This document shows, piece by piece, positions 57,587 to 64,000 of a stretch of DNA of 64,000 bases. The position numbers and the translations under genes are program-made. Below the pieces are notes generated by a model, which had not been told where the DNA came from, did not search any database, and worked only from the letters and a program-made list of their open reading frames with translations. The stretch spans positions 1-64,000 of IMG/VR virus record IMGVR_UViG_3300009008_000008, one strand, 5' to 3'. Position 1 is the stretch's first letter; every line of letters begins with the position of its first letter. This DNA comes from an uncultured virus (IMG/VR IMGVR_UViG_3300009008_000008). Its lineage: Duplodnaviria; Heunggongvirae; Uroviricota; Caudoviricetes.

Positions 57587-57888
57587 CGTGAGCCTCTCAT
57601 GTGTTTGTGTTTACGGACGTGGCACCGATCACACACGGCCATCAAGTTACTCATGGAATCGGAACCTCCCCTAGACTTTGGGCGAATATGGTGGGCTTCT
57701 AACTTCCCACCTCGCGCCTTACGGGCTGACGCGGTCTCACCACATGACCGACAAGTGTGGTTATCTCGTTCACGAACACGGGCTGATAACTGGGCCCACT
57801 GGGACCCATACCCAGGACGTTGGATACGGGTCACCCCACCGGATTTACGATAAAAGCGTGTCATCCTTGTAACCACCAAGGTAGGCAC
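57583..57888 (-). CDS. small HNH endonuclease
   Basis: RDNHTCRSCG, AHHI.P.SRGG, NL..VCDRCH. Confidence 0.9.
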   Translation of the reverse strand: MPTLVVTRMTRFYRKSGGVTRIQRPGYGSQWAQLSARVRERDNHTCRSCGETASARKARGGKLEAHHIRPKSRGGSDSMSNLMAVCDRCHVRKHKHMRGSR

Positions 57889-57910
57889 CCGAGGTATCCA
57901 TCCATACCGT

Positions 57911-58558
57911 TTACTCCATTGATTCGACCATCTTTTCCTTTATGTGCCCTCGCTGTGACTCAATGTATCGAGCAATCGTACCGGCACTCTCACGCGCCAA
58001 ATTGTTCAATTGAGGATGCCTGTGCTCTGGCACATAGGTTTCCAATGATCTCTTGAGATTGTGTAAGCTATCAATCACCACCTGCGCGATACCGATAAAG
58101 GCGGGATCGATTATTTCCGATGACAGTTGCAGAGCCAGTTGCCTACCATCCCTCTCTGCCTGCATGTCTGCAATTAGCTCCCTTGCTTGGGAAACCAGAC
58201 TGTTTAAGGCATAGGCAGCCCTCTCTGAACCCTCCTGCCTGTACTTGTCTTCTGCTATGGGTATCAGGTCCATCAGGGACTTCAACATAGTACGCTGAAA
58301 CCGATTGACCGCGCTCTCTGTCTGCTGGTCTTCCAGTAGGGATGCGATTTCTGTTACGTCATCCTTAAACAAAGAACGCAGGTTCTTCAAACGACGTGCT
58401 TGTTGACGCTGTTTCTTGGTCAAGCCGCTAGACGGGGGCCTCCCCTCTTTATGAGAGGAAGAGACCTTGCCCGCCCGCGATTTTTTTAACCGCTGCGACT
58501 TAACATGTGATACAGCCACATCCCGACGTTGGGCATATTGCTTACCCCTGACTGTCAT
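57911..58558 (-). CDS. helical protein with basic N-terminus (possible terminase small subunit)
   Basis: GGAGG SD; function only inferred from size and HNH neighbour. Confidence 0.55.
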   Translation of the reverse strand: MTVRGKQYAQRRDVAVSHVKSQRLKKSRAGKVSSSHKEGRPPSSGLTKKQRQQARRLKNLRSLFKDDVTEIASLLEDQQTESAVNRFQRTMLKSLMDLIPIAEDKYRQEGSERAAYALNSLVSQARELIADMQAERDGRQLALQLSSEIIDPAFIGIAQVVIDSLHNLKRSLETYVPEHRHPQLNNLARESAGTIARYIESQRGHIKEKMVESME

Positions 58559-58720
58559 TAGGCTCCCTCCAGTTAATATTCAGGATGTGTTGGACCCTTA
58601 CCAATCAGAGAGATAGTTTATGCCCGTGTCCTGACGGCCACAACTACACTGGTACCCGGAAACAGGTAACCCACACGAAATCCCATTGTTACAAACCCAG
58701 TCTCAAATCTCATAAATAAT

Positions 58721-59083
58721 TTACATTGGTCCCACATAGATGGTCTTTGAGTGCGGAGACAGCACGATACCGTTGTATTCCCCGGACTTCCCAAAGGTTG
58801 GCGGAACAATATAATATTCTGGACCATTCCCCATATTAACATCCGGGAAGTCCGTGTCCTCGTCAGGAGTGGGTTTCCACTTGGCGGCCCTCATCGCCTT
58901 TTTGAGAGCACCCTCACCAGCAAAACGTAGGAGCTTGTAGGTATCCATAGTACCGGTAACCTTGGGCCCGATCTTGAAACCATTGGCCACCAGTTGTTCC
59001 ACCATCACCTCGTAAGGTTCGCCCCAAGGTTCATCCTCGGCTGTTTCTTTAAGACGAGCCAGTGCCTGTTGGTGGGTGTTCAT
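58721..59083 (-). CDS. hypothetical protein with MNTHQQALARLKETA leader
   Basis: GGAG SD; leader shared with the 60336 ORF. Confidence 0.7.
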   Translation of the reverse strand: MNTHQQALARLKETAEDEPWGEPYEVMVEQLVANGFKIGPKVTGTMDTYKLLRFAGEGALKKAMRAAKWKPTPDEDTDFPDVNMGNGPEYYIVPPTFGKSGEYNGIVLSPHSKTIYVGPM

Positions 59084-59085
59084 GG

Positions 59086-59382
59086 TCACTCCATCTTGAA
59101 AAGTTTTTGAAAGTTGGCTACTTCCAGTATTCTACGGACGCCAGGACGTGCGTGACGTAATACTACACGCTTGGGTCCTAGCTTTTCGTTGGCTATTAAC
59201 AGAATACCAAGGGCAGCACTATCAATGTACCTGGCATGTCTTAGGTCAACCACAAGATTCTGGTCGGGTTTAACCTGGTCCATAGCCTTCCGAAACATAC
59301 CATGACATTCAAATTGGAAGGTACTGGGTGGTACAAACACCACTTCCTTACTATCCGAGTGTATTTTGCACTCCTGTTCCAC
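59086..59382 (-). CDS. STAS-domain anti-sigma-factor antagonist-like protein
   Basis: VVDLRHARYIDSAALGILL with conserved phospho-Ser; VRRILEVANF..LF. Confidence 0.88.
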   Translation of the reverse strand: MEQECKIHSDSKEVVFVPPSTFQFECHGMFRKAMDQVKPDQNLVVDLRHARYIDSAALGILLIANEKLGPKRVVLRHARPGVRRILEVANFQKLFKME

Positions 59383-60086
59383 TATGATACTCCACTTGCG
59401 AAGTCTATTGCCATCTGCTTCGCGTCATCCATCGTTTCCGCCTGCCACTCCCCACGCCCTCTGTTAAACTGCTCAACATGGTCTGTATAGATGACCTGAC
59501 TTTCATCACCTTTTGGCCAAATTTCATAGGATACATGGATGTTTACACTGTCACCGTCCTCGTGGAGAGTGATCTCTTTGTTCTGGTACATGTCATCTGA
59601 GTACCATGCCTCAACGTCCTCGAGGAATTCCTGTGGGTCGGAAGGGTGAAAAGCACAATCACCTTTCTTGACTTTGGAGCCGACTCCAAACCCATACATG
59701 GCGCGGTGACTCCACCCATACCACTTTTGTTTGGCCTCACAGTATCCAACAGAGCAGACATTGTGGTCGGGTGCTGACAGTTCGGGTACGATTCCTCGTT
59801 TTGCCAAAGAGGCAGCGAACTCGGGATCCCCTATATAATCCCCATCTAGGTTGTATGCACTCTTCATCTCCAGCGGCTTATTGGAACCCGACTCTCCAGG
59901 CGGAATCTCTTCGGTCCTCACTTGGTAAGTAGGGAACGTCTGTATGCTTAGGACCTTTCGCAAACTCGACAAGGAGAGCCGGGCTAGGGCCTGAAACCTC
60001 AGGCCCTTGCTAGGCACCATGGCACAAACTTGGCCGCGGTGTATTACTGGAATACGTGGAAGCAGGACAACCCGTAGGGATTTCAT
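59382..60086 (-). CDS. hypothetical phage protein
   Basis: KWYGWSHRAMYGFGVG...AKQMAIDFA domain. Confidence 0.7.
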   Translation of the reverse strand: MKSLRVVLLPRIPVIHRGQVCAMVPSKGLRFQALARLSLSSLRKVLSIQTFPTYQVRTEEIPPGESGSNKPLEMKSAYNLDGDYIGDPEFAASLAKRGIVPELSAPDHNVCSVGYCEAKQKWYGWSHRAMYGFGVGSKVKKGDCAFHPSDPQEFLEDVEAWYSDDMYQNKEITLHEDGDSVNIHVSYEIWPKGDESQVIYTDHVEQFNRGRGEWQAETMDDAKQMAIDFASGVS

Positions 60087-60089
60087 AAA

Positions 60090-60336
60090 TCAGGCTTGGA
60101 ACAAGGCATTACCCTTACCCTTCATATCACGCATGGAATCGGAATATTGGCCTTTACGGCGGAGCAAGGACCAGAAAGCTTTGGCTTTCTTCCGGTCACC
60201 GTCAGGGAGCGGCGTAAACAACAGTTGTTCGAAGAACACCAGGTCTTCAGGGATTTGGAGTTCATTGCGTGTATGTTCGTAGGAAGTCGCCTGCTGTTTC
60301 CTGAAGGCGAGCCAACGCCTGTTGGTGGATGTTCAT
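60090..60336 (-). pseudogene. frameshifted small gene with MNIHQQALARLQETA leader
   Basis: frame 0 stops at 60262; the +1 frame continues ATSYEHTRNELQIPED... to TGA 60090; 247 nt = 82 codons + 1. Confidence 0.6.
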
Positions 60337-60338
60337 GG

Positions 60339-60512
60339 TTATTTCCTCTTGGCACGCCGCACAGCAATCTTTTTCTTGTTCTTCTTGCGGTACTGTTGCT
60401 GCTGCTTCTGGATCTTGGCCTTGTTCTTTTGGTAGTACTTCTGGCGGGCCTTCTTCTTGGCCGGATTTTTCTCAGGCTTCCGCTTGGGCTTCAGGGCAGT
60501 GACGGTGGGCAT
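60339..60512 (-). CDS. 57-aa highly basic protein (not in ORF track)
   Basis: AAGGAG SD; 25 of 57 residues K/R, one acidic. Confidence 0.75.
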   Translation of the reverse strand: MPTVTALKPKRKPEKNPAKKKARQKYYQKNKAKIQKQQQQYRKKNKKKIAVRRAKRK

Positions 60513-60517
60513 CTGCT

Positions 60518-60625
60518 TTACTCCTTAACTTGAGTGGTTTTACGTTCGTGATTACGTACCGCCATATCATTGGCAGCACTCCAGGCCTGACGCAGCCGGG
60601 CCAATGCTTCTTTGTGTGGGTCCAT
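60518..60625 (-). CDS. 35-aa peptide MDPHKEALARLRQAWSA... (not in ORF track)
   Basis: GGGAGGT SD; leader-like N-terminus. Confidence 0.55.
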   Translation of the reverse strand: MDPHKEALARLRQAWSAANDMAVRNHERKTTQVKE

Positions 60626-60827
60626 TGAGACCTCCCTTTTTGAAAAGTTGACGCCAAGATACGTTACAGCTCAAGACGCCGCTGATAAAACCAATGGTTA
60701 AAGCCGGCATTCCAATAATGATGAGTGCCGAAACAAGGTCGAGGGGCGGAATAAAATCAAACATGGCGGGCCTCCAATTGATGGGTCCACCATTCACATT
60801 CCCAGCAACAGCCTCATTTTTACCCAT
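60567..60827 (-). CDS. small membrane protein
   Basis: hydrophobic segment; start uncertain. Confidence 0.45.
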   Translation of the reverse strand: MGKNEAVAGNVNGGPINWRPAMFDFIPPLDLVSALIIIGMPALTIGFISGVLSCNVSWRQLFKKGGLNGPTQRSIGPAASGLECCQ

Positions 60828-60909
60828 GCAAAAAACATCGCACCACCTACTATATACAGTAATCCCATAAAGAACAGCTCTTCCTTCCAGTGAGGGCCCC
60901 TTGGATCTT

Positions 60910-61878
60910 TCATTTTTCTAGGTTGAACGTCTCAACCAGCTCTTCCCTAGTCATGATCTTGATGCCAAGGTTAACCGCTTTCCGCTCCTTGGAACTGCCA
61001 GTACCTTTAAGTTTCATCACCAGGACTGTCACTTTCCTGGAGATGCCGCTGGCGATAGTACCGCCCTCACGTTCGATTTGTTCTTGTAAGTCTTTATCCC
61101 TGAAGCCGGTAAACACCACAATCTCACCCGACATCTTGTCACCCTCTGGAGGAGCCACAGGACCTAGTGTTTCAATGGTAATCAGGCGTTTGATGGGTTT
61201 TACGAAGGCCTGGAATTTGGGAAATCCTTGGGCAAACTGCTTGGCACGCTTACTGCTGAACCCAGATACAGACAGGGCCATATGCTCCAAGTCCCGAGGG
61301 TTAGGTCTGTTAAGATCCATGATCTGCGGGTATTTCTCAACCAGTGGTGTTAACTGCCGTACACCAAAGCCAGGACCGAATACCCCAGAAGCCGCCATCA
61401 ATACGGGCAGAGACACTGGATTCAAAGCTTTCTTAATCCCGGTGACGATGGTGGTGGCCGTTTTATCCTGGATGCCAGGAACCGCCATCAAGTCTTTTTT
61501 CGTGGCTCGGATAACGGCTTCGATGGAGTCGATTCCATGAGTAGCCAACCGTTGGATTGTACCTTGAGCAAAGTTTTCGACTTCAATGGCCTTAAAAAAC
61601 CAAGCAATTTGTTTTACCAACTGTTCGTCGGTGTCCCCCGTGGCGCGTATATCGACACCAGAGGAAGTCCATTCAAAGTTACCGTCTTCCGGTAATCCTG
61701 CCTTGCGGCTAGGAGCAACAACCTCCAAAATATGCGGGATAACATCTCCACTCCTTGTAATCTTGAGGACCGCACCAGGCCCTACCTTGTTGTCGTTGAT
61801 GAACTTGGCATTGAAACCAGTTACCCGACGGATAGTTACCCCTCCCAATCTAACACCAGGACGTACACTTTTAGCCAT
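60910..61878 (-). CDS. ligA: NAD-dependent DNA ligase, C-terminal part (rest of OB fold, HhH, BRCT)
   Basis: VRLGGVTIRRVTGFN, ITRSGDVIPHI, VVFTGFRD...GG BRCT; own AAAGGGG SD. Confidence 0.9.
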   Translation of the reverse strand: MAKSVRPGVRLGGVTIRRVTGFNAKFINDNKVGPGAVLKITRSGDVIPHILEVVAPSRKAGLPEDGNFEWTSSGVDIRATGDTDEQLVKQIAWFFKAIEVENFAQGTIQRLATHGIDSIEAVIRATKKDLMAVPGIQDKTATTIVTGIKKALNPVSLPVLMAASGVFGPGFGVRQLTPLVEKYPQIMDLNRPNPRDLEHMALSVSGFSSKRAKQFAQGFPKFQAFVKPIKRLITIETLGPVAPPEGDKMSGEIVVFTGFRDKDLQEQIEREGGTIASGISRKVTVLVMKLKGTGSSKERKAVNLGIKIMTREELVETFNLEK

Positions 61879-62908
61879 GGTGTATCCCCTTTAAAATCTG
61901 AGTGCGTGTCTTCCGATACCAACCTCGTGGCAAAACTATGCGTTTGGGGGAGCCGTTATCATTTTGCATAACCAAAAGTCGAAAGATAAAACCATCCTTC
62001 ATTGTCTGTCGGGCTTTAGCACACAAAATGTGCCATAAACGGTCAGGGGAGCTTTTATGTAATCTATGGTTTGTTAATCCTGCCGTGTGTAAAGACTTTA
62101 CTTCTATAAGTATGTTACGGTCCGGGAGGAACAAATCGGGGTAGTACCTACGGTTCTTTCCGTCAAGTTGGTAATATACAACCGGCACTTCGCGGTCACT
62201 AAATACTCGGATCCTTGAAGGATCCACCCCTTTTTTGTGGAGTAACCAATCCAATGCTAGGTCTTCATATCCTTGTACCTGAACGACCCGGGAACCTAAC
62301 GTATAAGAATGATAAAATCTTGTGCTGGAACAAGCATTACATGCCAAGCCTCGTTTAGCCAACACGGAAGAAGGGCGGGCCGTAAATAAGGCACCGCAAG
62401 AAAGGCATTTATGTTCTATTGGAACACTAATACCCTTATACACTCCTATAGGCTGTAGGGCTTTACCTAATTTCTCCAACCTCTCACCGTATCTCTCTGT
62501 GGTATGTAGGCCATGTTTTGACGGGTTGCATGATCGACAACCAACACCACGTTTAACAGCCTCTGTGGTATACCAATCCTGGGTATTACAAAACTTACAT
62601 TGATACAGGTTTTTGGCATTCTTCAACCGACGATAACCTTCCATAACATAAAAGGAAGAGTTACGGATTTCTGTCATATGGTTGCACATCGAATGGAAAT
62701 TCTGCAACCTATCAGAGCAGGCAGGGCAGTTAAGGAACCCGTTTTTCGTGGTCCTGGGTTTAGTTATAAACCCATTACCGCAGATCTTACAATAATGGCT
62801 ACAAGGTACGTGAACACCGGAATACCCGGAAAGGTACCCTACCAAAGTAGAATCCAAGGATTTAATATACTCTTGTTCTCTTACCTCGAGAGATTTAGAC
62901 ATACCCAT
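61871..62908 (-). mobile_element. free-standing putative homing endonuclease, zinc ribbons + PD-(D/E)xK (TnsA-like) domain
   Basis: repeated CxxC pairs; QGYE, YYPDLF...LIEVKS; visibly AT-richer. Confidence 0.82.
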
Positions 62909-63891
62909 TACATCGGTTCCACTATGACAGTAGGTTTCAAAATACCATGCTTAGACACGTTCCATTCTACACTCACCACCCTACATTTCACTATCTGATC
63001 CTCCATCAACATCTTGAAGGCTACGCTGTACCGAGGGTTGCCAGATGTGGCGCGTTTGTATATTGAGTCCTGTGTGACCACCAGACCGTCTATGGCAAAC
63101 TTAGAGCTCTTCCGCCTCGCAATGAGTCTGTCAGAGAGTGTCTGGGCGTCCAGGACCTTATAGGCCTTGGCAGGAGCGACCGTGAATCCAAGCTGGTGTT
63201 TCAGGTAGTTGAGCTGTTCGGAGGGTTTCTTGCGTGGAACGATGAGTTCGTAGCACACCAAGGTGGCGTCTTTGAGGGCAGGGCTGACATCCGGGCGGTT
63301 GACCAACCCACCCATGAAATTCCGTGGGTTTGCGAAGTCCTTGGCGTACTTCTTGAACGCCGTCTCGGACATGATGATCTCGGCCCGTACCGCGAAGGTG
63401 TCCTGTGTCTTGGGAAGCCCAAGAATTGGCACCATGGACGTTACATCCTGTCCGACCTTACCGTTACCTCGGGTAAACAGTTGGTACCGGCCCTTGGTAC
63501 AGATGATAAGCATTGAGATGCCGTCCATCTTGTCCGACACCACGTAGGGCCCTGGGTTGGCGTCAAACCAACGGTCAAGGTCTGGAGTGTTGGGTTTGAT
63601 CTTGTCGAGGGAACCCATCCAATAGGGCAGTTTTTGTTTCTTACCCTGATCGACAGGAGCGCCTACTTTTTGGAGCAAAGGGCTGTCAGGGAACCTCTGG
63701 CGGAACGTATCCTCAATCGCGTCAAACTCGGCGTCTGACAAGAAAGGGCTTCCCTTGTAGTACGTGTTCTTGGCCCGGCGGTATAACTGACGTAGCAGCC
63801 GAGCGGACAACTTTGAGGCATAACCTCCAGGGTCTGCCTTTAGGGCTGTCAAATCGAACTCATACGCTGCCACTTCCCTCAACCTTTTCAT
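62908..63891 (-). CDS. ligA: NAD-dependent DNA ligase, N-terminal part (Ia + adenylation + start of OB)
   Basis: YY...SDAEFD, MGSLDK, KMDG, TRGNG, NPRN, IDGLVV, AFK, VEWNVSKHGILKP..IVEP then stop. Confidence 0.92.
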   Translation of the reverse strand: MKRLREVAAYEFDLTALKADPGGYASKLSARLLRQLYRRAKNTYYKGSPFLSDAEFDAIEDTFRQRFPDSPLLQKVGAPVDQGKKQKLPYWMGSLDKIKPNTPDLDRWFDANPGPYVVSDKMDGISMLIICTKGRYQLFTRGNGKVGQDVTSMVPILGLPKTQDTFAVRAEIIMSETAFKKYAKDFANPRNFMGGLVNRPDVSPALKDATLVCYELIVPRKKPSEQLNYLKHQLGFTVAPAKAYKVLDAQTLSDRLIARRKSSKFAIDGLVVTQDSIYKRATSGNPRYSVAFKMLMEDQIVKCRVVSVEWNVSKHGILKPTVIVEPM

Positions 63892-64000
63892 CCGTCCAGT
63901 ACCTGCTCTGTGGATGACTCATCATAATCTTCGTCCGCGTCACCAGCCTGACTTACCTCCATCTCCATGTCTTCCAACAAGGAACTTGCTTGGCTGAGCA
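63888..64000 (-). CDS. 3' end of an acidic protein (partial, runs off the window)
   Basis: open frame ...EDMEMEVSQAGDADEDYDESSTEQVLDG* with ATGA overlap onto ligA. Confidence 0.55.
   Translation of the reverse strand, partial: LSQASSLLEDMEMEVSQAGDADEDYDESSTEQVLDG

Noticed and set aside
60096..60533. 145-aa Leu-rich + strand membrane protein in the ORF track
   Set aside because: It is the antisense shadow of the Lys-rich gene at 60339-60512.
61855..62915. Group I or II intron interrupting ligA
   Set aside because: The endonuclease ORF overlaps both ligase halves, leaving no non-coding space for a ribozyme core. I found no U|...G| junction restoring the frame, and the C-half has its own SD and ATG.
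1..64000. CRISPR array, rRNA, integrase or transposase
   Set aside because: No regularly spaced repeats, RNA-gene signatures or recombinase motifs were seen by eye.

Overview
The whole window reads as part of a large (jumbo-type) tailed dsDNA phage genome, not a cellular chromosome. It has two convergent, densely packed gene blocks. The + strand block (1-22.2 kb) carries accessory, nucleotide-metabolism and host-manipulation genes: HD/(p)ppGpp hydrolase, RNase HII, DapD, an Acb2/Tad1-like sponge, NYN nuclease, PurC, dCMP deaminase, PyrE-like, ThyX-like, NrdJa, a 3'-5' exonuclease and PyrF. The - strand block (22.1-64 kb) carries the core: NAD-dependent ligase, a giant SNF2 ATPase, Tmk, family-A DNA polymerase, QueE, beta-clamp-like protein, FolE, UDG, NrdJb, SF2 helicase, DnaB, terminase, an intein-containing portal, prohead protease, holin-like proteins and a GAF-GGDEF-(truncated EAL) gene. 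The most striking feature is that two related free-standing PD-(D/E)xK endonuclease genes have each broken an essential replication gene in two. The DNA polymerase halves carry a naturally split intein, with the endonuclease antisense between them. The DNA ligase is cut inside its OB domain with no intein and no room for an intron. Other highlights are a repeated N-terminal peptide (H-Q/K-Q/E-ALARL-x-E/Q) on unrelated small proteins, a recurring ACTGTAAATA promoter-like motif, and several single-base frameshifts that may be assembly errors. Family assignments rest on motifs recognised by eye; no searches were run. No tRNA, rRNA or CRISPR array was seen.
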